Below, in pieces: positions 11,573 through 23,430 of a stretch of 64,000 nucleotides of DNA. The stretch is from Asterias rubens. Lineage: Eukaryota. The notes beneath the pieces were generated by a model that saw only the letters and a program-made list of their open reading frames with translations, had not been told where the DNA came from and ran no database searches. Position numbers and translations under genes: made by a program. The DNA is taken from NCBI RefSeq assembly GCF_902459465.1, contig NC_047064.1, positions 7,068,001-7,132,000 of the forward strand. Direction: 5' to 3'. The first letter of the stretch is position 1. Every line of letters begins with the position of its first letter.

Positions 11573-14500
11573 TTATACCAAAGGGTAGCTTGCCGATGTT
11601 GCAATACCGCACTGGTTGTCGGCATTCCTTGACATCTTGATGTAACCATTCATTCCCCATGTCTCTCCCCAGCTGTACGAATTAGAGAATAAAAAACACA
11701 AAGTATTATAAGACGTCAATAGACATTTCCATTGTTGATAAACAAACCGCGCTGGTTGGCATAGTTGGTAAAACACTCAAATCGTGTTTAACAGATGTTT
11801 CAGCCAAATCAAAAAATTTCTGCAAACTTTCAATTCAATACAAACATTCCATGATTGTTACCAACAAATTAACCACTACGTTTGAACATTGTATAACATT
11901 GTCACCAACGGTAGCCATCTGTTTTTTAATTTTGCATTGATGGCTTTCCCCTGCATATCTGCCAGGATAAAGACAGGCACTGGTTTTACGGACTAAGTTA
12001 TTTCATTGGATACAATGATTTCATTGGATATTCTTACAGTGACGTAAGCTTTCAGCTGCACTTTCGGTCGTCTGGATGCAGCGTCCAGTGTTTGTATGTA
12101 CATGTACATGTACATGTACATGCATGTAATTTAGTTTTATATTTATATATGTACAGGCCTGATAGTTCAAGGGCAATGAAGGCGATTGCATCCGTGCCCC
12201 CTGGTCATTGCCTCCGTGCCCTTGAAATACTTTACCGAGGAGAAAATGCCTTGGTGCCCTTGCCCCTTCAAAAACGAAGCGGACAGGCCTGCATGTACAT
12301 AGAATTTGACTGTAAATCTCAATGCGAAATGTATTAGAGGTCGAACATGCATTTGAAAGGGGATTGACATAGGCTTAATGCAGGTTTCGGGTGTAATTCA
12401 CAAGCCACAAAGTGTGACATCATTTATTGAGGCTACTAATGCTCACCTGTTCTTAACGAGCCAGTAGGCGTTACCGCTGTCAGCATCAACTCCATACCCA
12501 ACGACCAATACACCATGATCAAGCTCTGAGCTACTGCATTCTGGTTCAGAGTATACACCTACAAATCAAGAATCAAGAATGAACAAAAAAAATTAAATAA
12601 ATAAAATAACAACTGACAGCTCTAATTAACGACATTAAAGAGAAAAACCAAATTATCTTTGGAACTGATTCTTAAACAGGGTTTGCCCCTGATTTTTGTT
12701 CAATTATCCAGCAAGAGGGTCATTCCGTGTCAAATCAACCAGTTTTCAGAAAAGTTCCCAGGTGACCCCCTCAGATTTTGATGAAACTTCATCAGAATGA
12801 TTGAATGTGGCTCAAATGAACACATACAAAAAAGCTAAGTCATACTCCATGTCGTTTGCGAGATATGACCCATTGAAATTTGGTCGAGGCGGCCATTTTG
12901 TGCTCGCGCGGGACGCGAAAAGTGATTTTTTTGATAATTTCCGACTTTGAAAGCTCATAATTTAATTATTGTACCAGGTAGAGAGCTCAAATTTGGTATT
13001 CCATCTTACTTCTTGCCAAATTTCATGAATCTGCACTCAATTTAGATGTATCTCCTTTAATTTTCTAGTTATGGTCACCTAAAACAGGCACTTTAATCAG
13101 CCAAAAATGTTTTTTGTGATTTTTGGGGTCACCCTGTGCCCACATGAGGGGTCAAATAAATCCTATATTCCCTAGGTATTATCTATGGGTGCATGTTTAT
13201 ACCCATAAGCAATTATAAGCTCACCAATGCAATAATTTAGAAATAGCATGGGCCCAAAGTTGGTTCCAGCCAGAAAAAGGTCAAAAAGACCCCGCCCGTC
13301 TTGACCCCGGTTGACCCCGCGATCAATTGAAATGTTTTTTGAAATTGATACCAGTTAAACATATATATTATATCTACTTATACACCAATTTTCAGCTTTG
13401 GCACTCAACTCCTTCATGGTGTGGTGGCAATTTGAATGTTATATGTTTTTGGCACATTTTAATGTAATATCATACAGTGTACATGTACATGTACATTCAT
13501 GTACACATACAATACATGGTAATATATGTTTGAAGCTTGTGTAACTTATTTTTTCTGGCTAGCAAAAAGTAACATCAACGCATTGGCATCTGTGGTGTCT
13601 GCGTGATACACAAGTACATATTTTGTTTGAGAAATGAGTGTTTGCATGTGATACACATTAGAGAAGTATTGTTCTAAAAAGTAGTGTATGGAAAGTAATA
13701 CCAGCGTTTAATATGCAAATGAGGTGACCATGTGATTGGAAAGTTTAACCAGCATAAACATAGCATGGAGGAAACAAAGGGGACTGGGGTTGGGTTAAAA
13801 CCAGAGAAGAATATGACAGATAGTTAGTGTTAAGTACTGGCAGATTTAATTTGTATTGTGTGGTTTGATCCATGTTTCAAGTGAAACTACACACGGTACA
13901 CTGGGGTATGGTTCCATACTGGGGTATGGTTCCAATATTTTGTGTGTGTTATGGGAGAATTTTGCAGCACTTTGTGGTACCTGCCTTAAATTATTTATTG
14001 CAGTTAAAAACATGCATCATCAACCCATTTCTAAAAACAATAACACAAATAAACTTACTTTTTTGCTAGCCAGAAAAAAATAAGTTACACAAGCTTCAAA
14101 CATATTTTACCATGTATTGTACATGTGTACATGAATGTACATGTACATGTATACTGTATGATATTACATTAAAATGTGCCAAAAACATATAATATTCAAA
14201 TTGCCACCACACCATGAAGGAGTTGAGTGCCAAAGCTGAAAATTGGTGTATAAGTAGATATAATATATATGTTTAACTGGTATCAATTTCAAAAAACATT
14301 TCAATTGATCGCGGGGTCAACCGGGGTCAAGACGGGCGGGGTCTTTTTGACCTTTTTCTGGCTGGAACCAACTTTGGGCCCATGCTATTTCTAAATTATT
14401 GCATTGGTGAGCTTATAATTGCTTATGGGTATAAACATGCTCCCATAGATAATACCTAGGGAATATAGGATTTATTTGACCCCTCATGTGGGCACAGGGT

Positions 14501-17500
14501 GACCCCAAAAATCACAAAAAACATTTTCGGCTGATTAAAGTGCCTACTTTGGGTGACCATAACTAGAAAATTAAAGGAAATACATTTAAATTGAGTGCAG
14601 ATTCATGAAATTTGGCAAAAAGTAAGATGGAATACTGAATTTGAGCTCTCTACCTGGTACAAAAACTAAATTATGAGCTTTCAAAGTCGGAAATTATCAA
14701 AAAAATCACTTTTCGCGTCTCGCGCGAGCACAAAATGGCCGCCTCGGCCAAATTTCAAACGGTCATATCTCGAAAACGACATGGAATATGACTTAGCTTT
14801 TTTGTATGTGTTCATTTTTGCAACATCCAATCATTCTGATGAAGTTTCATCAAAATCTGAGAGGGTCACCTGGGGACCACTGGTTGATTTGACACGGAAT
14901 GACCCAAGAGAGAACCAAGAGATAACAAAGAGAAAACCTGCATGCAACTCTTCAGCAGAAAAAATATAGAAATTATTTGTCCTATTGATTGCATGGACTG
15001 AAGCTAGCCGGGTATTGGGCACTTCAGCGTCTAGTAGTTCTCCCCCCATTGCCTTATACAGTACAACAAGCAACAGAAACACAAAAGAGACTGTGCAAAA
15101 TGAAGTAGTGTAGATGATATGCTGTGCGAGGAAAATATTGTTATAACCGCATATTGGGCCCTTACAGTGTGTGGTTCCTATCGCACCCTTTAACAAAAAA
15201 CAATAAAAACATTAGGAAGCCAAACTGTGTCTGGACTGAGTAATGCTTTGCTGTGTTAACTTCTGCGAATCAATTACAGATTTTTATTTTATTTTCACGC
15301 AGCAATTATTTATTTTACAAGTTTTTAATAAAATGCGGAAAACTGTTGATCCAGTAGGAAGAGTTGCATGTCTGGATCAGAGGCAACAAGGGGGGACCAA
15401 GAGAGAGATTAACACAAATTAATAATAATAATAATAAGTTAAAAATATCATAAAGCGCACAAATCCATTAAAGTGCTACATACGAACAATAATATTCAAA
15501 TTATGTACATGTACAAAGACAAAACAAAGATAATCACGAACAGAAAACCGAGAGAAAGTCAAGTTGGACAGAAGCTTACCTTCAGTGTAAAGTTGGAATG
15601 ATGAGTGGCTAGCATCGATAGCGACTGAGATTGGTCCTACGGTGGCAGAAGCTGCCTTCAATTGTTTTTCATTACCAGCTTCAATGTCAACAAACCCTGT
15701 GCAATGAGCAGCAATGCAGTCTGCGGTGTCTTTGAAGTAGCATGTATTTTCATCCTGTGGATTGTTTCAGAAATGAAGAGAATTTTTATTGTTGTTACAA
15801 AGACTATTCTTATTATTCCGGTTAACTATTAACAACAAATATATCAAGTTGGCAGCCGCTAGCTAGATAACCTAGGTTGTTTCCATTTAAAAACTAAATG
15901 TATACAAATATCAAAACTGCATACTAAATTGCACACAAAGACAAATTTGTTAAAAAGGAGGGAACATTTTAGTTTTGAAGCTTCAAGAGTACATTATCAG
16001 ACATTATATTTTGCCCTTGGTCAAACGTATGAGAATTTCTGAAGAGTACAATGGCTAACCAACATGTACATCATGGATGTGGCTTTAATAGACTTTTCAG
16101 GCCTGTTAATAACAGTTTTGCTCATTTTTCTGAGGGCCCCAAAATCAGAAATCAGACTTACATCATTAAAAAAAAATTATCCTCAAATACAATACAATAA
16201 ATATATAACTTTTACACACAATCATATAATATGTAAAGGTTTGCGGTAACACCATGTAATGACTATCTCTAATGAGTTGGGGTGGTTCTGAAAAGAACTG
16301 TTGGTTTCAACTCGGTTCTTTTCAGAACTGCCCCAGCTCATTAGAGGTGTACCGCAAACCTTTCCATATCGTATTTCCACCATGCAAAGTTTCATATCCT
16401 ACTTAAAATACACAATCAATTAAACAATTTTTTTTTTAAAGAAAACTACAGTTAGCATACCTTAGCTTTGTAAGGGTAGCAAGTCTCCTTATCCAGACCG
16501 TTCTTCTTGACGTACTTAAAGGCATCATCCATGAGGCCACCATTGCATCCATCATCTCCCTGTACGTAAGAGCAGTCTACAAGATTCTGCTCGCTAAGAT
16601 CTGGCAGGACGCCTGTCTTGTTGAACATCTGTCCTTCCAGGGAGCCAGTAGCACTGAATGCCCAGCACGATCCACATTGTTCCTGCGAGAGAAGACAATT
16701 TAAAAAAATTTGAGAGGCAGAAACGGATTATCAAGGGAAGTACAAATAATTGTCATGTTTTAAAGGCAGTGGACACTATTGGTAATTACTCAAAATAATT
16801 ATTAGCATAAATCTTTACTTGGTAACAAGTAACAAGGAGCTGTTGAAAGTACAATACACTGTGAGAAACAGCTCTCTCTCTGAAGTAACGTAGTTTTCAA
16901 GAAAGTTGTAATTTTCCACGAATTTGATTTCGAGACCTCAGATTTGAAATTTGAGGTCTCAAAATCAAGCATCTGAAAGCACACAACTGTGTGTGACTAG
17001 GGCATTTTTTATTTCATAATTATCTCCCAACTTCGACGACCAATTAAGTTTCTATTGTCTTGTGTTTACCTGGTTCTAAAGTTTCTAATGTCTTGTGTCT
17101 TACCTGGTTCTTGACTGGAGTAACGTATCCCTTCTGTCTCCAGTCTACAGTGTCGGGCAATTTCATGTATGGTGCCACAAAGGTCCTGAGAGACTGTGGG
17201 GCATCTTTACGTTGTTTGAAACCATTCATACGTGCGACAAACTCTTCATTTGTCTGCAAAGAAGAAAAAACAATTTTGTTTCTTTGTTATTACAGTTTAC
17301 AAGGTCTGTTTTAGGGCTTTTTGAATTTCTACATGGTTACAATGGGTGGTTACCCCCATAATGGCATTTTACATAAATTGATAAAATACATAAAATATAC
17401 ATAGACTGATATCAGAATATTTCATACTACACAGTGAATTTTCATGCTACATGCTTTCATTGTACCAAACAAATCTACCAATAGCAACCAGAACACTACT

Positions 17501-20500
17501 CTATCACAGATTCTGCTTAGCTCAACAACCATTTCTGTGAATATATTAGGGCCTATAGTGATTGTCAACTAGCACCTGTAGGCCTGTAGTACTGGGCTTG
17601 GCCTAATTTCCTGAAGCTTGTAAGCACAAAAACTTGCCTTGCACAGAAAAATATATCTAGCAGAAACCGGTTACTAGCCATAAGTCCCTAAAGTTTTCAT
17701 TGTTGTGACTGGTGCCCTACCCATTTTTTATTATTTTGTATTACTTTTATTGCATAGAAACAGTTTTTGAAATTTGAAATTGTGCCCTGATGACGTCAGT
17801 TTGTTAACCATGTAGCAGAAGAACTGGAAAGTATCCAACAAAGTTTTATGGTTTAGAGAAAGTATTGTGCTGCAAAACTGTTGAAAATGGAGAACCCACT
17901 ACGGGTCCTACTACTTGCCATCAACTCGCCGTCAACTCACTTGCGCCGTCAACTCCTCCAATATACATTTAAAATCCACAAAAGAAGCATAGAACTGTAA
18001 AGTATCAGCTCAAAGAGAGTTCGCGAAAGTTTTAGGTCATATTTCGGAATAAAAATTTAGGGTTTTTTTTTTGTGAACAAATTATCTTGAAACAGCAAAA
18101 CCGTCAGCCGCAATCTTGCTTTTTCACATTGATTAGTCTTGGCCGAATGTCAATGATTGGTCCTTTTTTTTTATCAACACAAAGTCGTTTTTGTGAATGA
18201 ATTTTTACCAAACCATGAGAAATATGTAGTTTAGCCCAGACTTAACACTTCCGTGCCCCATTTAAAAAAAATTCATGTCAATTTAATGAGTTGACGGCAA
18301 GTAGTAGGACCGCCCACTACAGCACTTTATAAGCAATGGCAGTAAACAAAAACAACCATGACTACAATAGCATAGGTTTTGGGGTCTTTTCGCCCACAGG
18401 TTTCTGCATTTATAGACTCAACACAATCAATCAGTCAATGATTGATTCCTAATATGGAACCCATGTAGTTCCAGCAAAAGCACTGAGCTGAATTCCAGTT
18501 TGTGAATCATGTCCTGGCACTGACCCACACAAGTTCAGAGATTTACAGGGAAAAAGTTATTCAACACAGACCCATGACCCCCACACAAACATGCAGGTAT
18601 AACAAAGGATGACCTTCATGGGCATTGTTAGCGAATTGAACCCACCATGACTTGCAGTTTGACTAATCTACATGTATGATGACTGGGCAAAGTACAACAA
18701 TAAAACTGGTCCTGTAGAAGCCCATGGCACGCTCATTGCTACGTAACAATAAACACTCACATGTAACACTGTGTACATGTAATTATGAGTGATAAACCCA
18801 ACCCCAATAAACTGTACACTTTTGGAAAGAGTAAAATAATTTCACCATCATGTTGTTACTTTAATGTTAATTGTAATAACAGTGCTAAGATAACAAAATG
18901 TTCTTATGACCAAAATTATCTTAAAATGTGCAGGCATTTCTAGAATCTCTTCAGAGATTCACGAAAGTTTCATTATGAGCTTAGCTTTGAAGGAATTTGT
19001 AAGATTTGAAATATTTAATTCAACAAACTTCCTGTAAAAAAGTTTGCTCCTATCAGCTTTAAGCAACGGACGGGATACATCCATTTCAGTGAATGATTTC
19101 ACTTGTATAGCAGAGCAAAAAGCTACACAAAATATTTCAACTGCTAGTCAAAAATAAGGATTTGCAACTCAATCATCAACATTCAGTTTGCAAAAATTCA
19201 GTTCAGTCCAAATTTCTTGCCAGGCAAAAATGCTGGTTGAAATCGCTCAACAAATTTTTATTTTTATTTTTAATTAACTGACTGCAAGACTGATGATTAA
19301 AAGCAGTGGACACTTTTGGTAATTACTCAAAATAATTATTAGCATAAAACTTTTCTTGGTGACAACTAATAGGGAGAGGTTGATGGTATAACACATTGTG
19401 AGAAACGGCTCCCTCTGAAGTGCCATAGTTTCCGAGAAAGAATTTGATTTCGAGACCTCAGATTTAGAATTTGAGGTCTTGAAATCAACCATCTAAACGC
19501 ACACACCTTCGTGTGACAAGGGTGCTTTTTTTCTTTCATTCATATCTCGCAAGTTCATGACCAATTGAGCTCAAATTTTCACAGGTGTGTTATTTTATGC
19601 ATATGTTGAGATACACCAACTGTGAAGGCTAGTCTTTGACAATAACCAATAGTGTCCACTGCCCTTAAAGTAATTTATTAGAACCCGGGAAAGTACCAAG
19701 TATTCGGTGCTAACACACATCAGAGTTAGGGTAAAACCAAAATAAATTTAACTGATTGCATGCAGCCGAAAGCAATAGACTATAGTCAGCATTGAGTAAC
19801 CAAACAACCTTAAACTAAAAATAACCTTGAATAAACAAGTGCATCCCATCACCTTGATGCGAACAATGGTACAAAAAAATACAGACAATTGTTGGGAATA
19901 CCCGTAGAACATTTCCACATCCTGCCGTTCATTTCCCGGTTGTGGTTTTGCTTTTCTTTGTTCTATTCTCGGGTCAAGCTCACATGACAGTTATTAATTG
20001 AAATCAGATCGGTAATCACCCACCAATAATTTCTGTCAGTTCCCTTCTCGTAGACTCTTCACTTCCTATATTTATAAATACAACTACCATGGCTTCGAAA
20101 GGGTTTCATTCGTACTTCCAATAAAATAAACTCATCCAAGGGACAAATTGAAGTCTGTACAGTAAACAAATCTTACCAGCGCTCTCTCCAAGTGGTTGCT
20201 AGCCAAATGCCAGTTTAACATTTAGAACGCATGAGGACTAGTCAGACTTCACGCAAATTGGTCTGGCTGGCTAGTTCAGTTCAGTATGATAAAGCATCCC
20301 TATTTAATATCATTTATCGACGAGTGCAAAAGCCAACAACCAGTGAAAATGACAAGCTAAATGGAATGTGTAGGAGTCACATCACAACAACAACATCGAA
20401 AGTAAATGATAATTTAAGTTGATAATGAATTTTAACAAAAGTACTGATTGGATGTATCATGTTTATGGAATCACATCAATTTGTTTCAGCCTAAATTATG

Positions 20501-22335
20501 TGTACAAAGTGTGTTTTCAAAATAAAAACATATTGGACTATAAAAAGCAGCCACGTAACATTCTATTCTTTGTAGAAAAAAAAAAAAAGGGCTGATCACA
20601 CTTCACATATTTGTACAGTGTTTTTCAGTTTTATATGAAAAAGAGAGAATCAGCTTTATCAGCTGAACAGTTGCATTCCTTTACAAAGAGTGAACAAGAG
20701 AAAATCAAAATAGAAATTACATCTAAAATAGAATTTGGATCTAGTCAAAGTATATCAATACAGATTTTGTTGTTTGTTTTTGCATTGAACAGAATTTTTA
20801 AAAAGATCTTGAGACACTTACCAAGTCACCATAGACGTTCATGCCGAGTCTGAATGTGTGGTTTCCCAAATCATGCTCGAGATTATGTCTGTTGATGATG
20901 TCCAAATTGGCTTCCCATACTGAACGTCTCTTCACTTCTTCACCTAGAAGTGTGTATTTCTTATTGTGAACCTGAAAGGAAAACAAAACATGCAATTTTT
21001 ATTAAAAACTAAAGCAAAAGATTCAAACTTAATCTTAGTTTACAATTATATACACAATACTAACAAGTAACATTAACTTGTTTTCAATATAGCAGGCCTG
21101 TATGCTTCATTTTTTAAAAGGACAAGGGCACAGAGGCATTATCCCCTTGGTTTAGTGCACTCTTTGAGGAAATTGTAAATTTCAACTGTAGCATTTCAAG
21201 GGCATCAAGGCAATGACCAGGACCATGGAGGCAATCACTCCCATTGACTCCATGAAGTATCAGGCCTGATATAGAGCTTTATAAATAGTGCTAGTCGGAG
21301 GGGAGTCTACATTTTAGGTCAGTGTTAAAGGATTTGGGCACTTTTTCAAAATGTCCATAGATTTACAATAAACTTACAGGGTTTGAAGATAATGATAATG
21401 GAAAGCTTCCCTTCAAATATTACTTACTGAGGTGCTGTAGTTTTTGAGGAATGAGTAAAAAAATGTCATGAAAATACGTTTGTAAATGATTAAAATTATT
21501 TTTGTCTCATGAGACCAAAATTTTCATGACATTGTTTTACTCATTTCCCAAAAACTACAGCACCTCAGCATGTAATATTTTCAGGGAAGCTTTCTACTAT
21601 CATTATCTTCAAACTGTGTGAGTTTAGTGTAAATCTGTAGACATTGTGTTTTTTGTCCAAGAACAGTTACATAGACCCTTTTTAACCAAAACATGCAATT
21701 CTTACTAAAGCAAAAGATTCAAAACTTGATCTCAGTTTTATTTAATAATAATTAACTCGCTTATATACAGCGCTTTATTCATAGTGTTAGACATAGGCGT
21801 GTCTGGGTGTCTTTCGGACACTCTGTTTCCTCTGTCATATCCAAGTCAATGTATTCAAAGTTAAGAATTTTTAACCCATTTTTCTTCAGTGGAAAAATTA
21901 CACGGTAAAGTTAAATGATGTTATTACACATTCATACAAGGTAACAAGGTACAATTAAGACAATAAATTCATTTACAATGTGAATTATTCAATAGGCCTA
22001 GTCATTTAAAAGTTATTTTATTTGTTATTTTGTTTCAGGCAGCACACATTTAGCACGCCATATAAAAAACTAACAAAAATAGAAAAAGGAAGAAAAACAA
22101 CCCTGTAGATAACATGAGATAACCAAGAAGGAAAATTACTCATGATCTTAAGGCAATCCAGACACTACCTAAAATTTTACAAAACAAACAAAAGTTAAGT
22201 ACAATTTTAAAAGATTTCTAAAAATACCTTCTTGTATAGTTCCCAATCTTCATCATAACTTCTGTCAAATTTATCTACAAACGGTAAACTGCATGCAGCC
22301 ACAACAAGGGCACAGACTACTAAAGCTCGGATCAT
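11573..22335 (-). CDS. CTSL: Cathepsin L-like cysteine protease (papain family C1A), 338 aa, 7 coding exons
   Basis: Coding exons (minus strand) 22335-22228, 20971-20822, 17253-17104, 16682-16461, 15754-15580, 12558-12447, 11672-11573 = 1017 bp, with phases matching across GT-AG introns. Signal peptide [15 protein letters not shown]; ERFNIN ([20 protein letters not shown]); GNFD (GMNVYGD); catalytic [20 protein letters not shown]; sequons NHT and NKT. Confidence 0.96.
12096..12126. repeat. (CATGTA)n microsatellite
   Basis: tgtacatgtacatgtacatgtacatgcatgta; the same motif recurs inside the palindromic element arms. Confidence 0.8.
12717..14905. mobile_element. 2189-bp non-autonomous DNA transposon with about 855-bp terminal inverted repeats (Sola2-like/foldback) in cathepsin L intron
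   Basis: Left arm about 12717-13572 is the reverse complement of right arm about 14055-14905, with about 480 bp spacer. Termini GGGTCATTCCGTGTCAAATCAACCA...TGGTTGATTTGACACGGAATGACCC; 4-bp direct repeat AAGA at 12713-12716 and 14906-14909; no transposase ORF. Confidence 0.85.
16764..17046 (+). mobile_element. TTAA-flanked MITE family 1, truncated, cathepsin intron
   Basis: ttaa|aggcagtggacactattggtaattactcaaaataattattagcataaa. Confidence 0.75.
17903..18312. mobile_element. 410-bp MITE with 8-bp TSD in cathepsin intron
   Basis: TIRs (g)GGTCCTACTACTTGCC / GGCAAGTAGTAGGACC(g); TSD CCCACTAC at 17895-17902 and 18313-18320. Confidence 0.75.
19301..19664 (+). mobile_element. TTAA-flanked MITE family 1, full-length
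   Basis: ttaa|aagcagtggacac...gtgtccactgccc|ttaa. Confidence 0.8.
21329..21681. mobile_element. TTAA-flanked hairpin MITE family 2 (Kolobok-like)
   Basis: ttaa|aggatttggg start; internal palindrome (gaaagcttccc...gaggtgctgtagttttt / aaaaactacagcacctc...gggaagctttc); ends gaccctttttaa. Related pieces at about 6015-6330, 24262-24470, 32690-32960 and 53580-53870. Confidence 0.65.
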
Positions 22336-23061
22336 CTTCACTTGTTGGTTGATTTCTTGGAATCTGGATATTGAAGAAATTAAAATTACATACGTTAACA
22401 TTTCTACAGTTTGGTAGGAAATTTTACTTATAATTAAAACTTGTCAAGACTGATGACACAAACTCATTGTCAAATTGACAATTTTGATGGGAAACTTTCT
22501 GTATCTCAATCTGGCCACTCCTTGTTGTTCACTAATTTTTACAAAAACTTGAAAAAGAATAATACTTTATTTGAGTAAATTATACTATTTTTCTTCAAGT
22601 GTCGTTTCCAGTATAGTAAGGAGCGGTTCAAAAATTGTGTCAAGATACAATAATGGAAGAAACAACTGGTGGCAGGCAGGATACGGAGACCTTTCCAATA
22701 AATTTAAAGTAAAAAAAAAAATTGCGGAACTTATTATACATATTTTGTGAACAGTTTTGGTGGACACCCGAACACACGACCCCAAGATGATGACTAGTAA
22801 TTTAGTATTGTAATGAAAACCATCAATTTTACTTTAATTAAGTTTGGATAAAAAAGGAAATATAGTATGTAAAATTCAATACCAGCATTTCATTCAAGGA
22901 ATCAAGAAGGTTACACTCAGATGGCGTTGTGAGAGAAGTGGTGCTGAAACTCATCTGTGAATTTGTGATTTGGACTCATTCATTTGTTTGCCGACTTTGG
23001 TTTGGAGGCCCAAGCCTAACGAAACGTAACGAAAATAACAGCAGTTTTACAGACAACTTAC

Positions 23062-23150
23062 CGTTTAAAACTTCGACCAGGCACTTTCGGGGGAGACTAA
23101 TCTGGAAAAAGACGTCTCGACACAATCAAGTAAGTTCAACTATTAATGAT
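23062..23150 (-). other. CTSL: Probable non-coding exon 1 of cathepsin L
   Basis: Consensus donor ACG|GTAAGT (intron starts at 23061) pairs with the acceptor at 22364-22366 upstream of the ATG exon. TATAAAAAGG lies at 23171-23180 on the minus strand, placing the TSS near 23150 (inferred). Confidence 0.65.
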
Positions 23151-23170
23151 GAGTATGCAAATTGTGCGGG

Positions 23171-23430
23171 CCTTTTTATACAAAAATGTGTGTGCGTGGT
23201 TTATCTACTGTTGACAGAAAGTCTCGTGACAAATTTTTTTTTTTACAACTGGGCCGCAGTCTGATTTCCGACTACCTATCTGTCTATGTTGCGTATGGTG
23301 CGGAGCGACTCGGCACCAGTCTAGTGAAAGGTCACTGGTCATGTGATTAAACAGGCTAATGCAATTGCTCACGTGACACGTACGTATGTAAACGATGGCA
23401 GGGACAACACTGAGCTGATCCACGTGAGGC
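23171..23430 (-). promoter_or_regulatory. Cathepsin L promoter: TATA box plus three CLEAR/M-box-type E-boxes
   Basis: TATAAAA at 23174-23180 (minus). GGTCATGTGA 23337-23346, CTCACGTGAC 23368-23377 and CCACGTGA 23420-23427 fall within about 90 bp. Confidence 0.65.
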
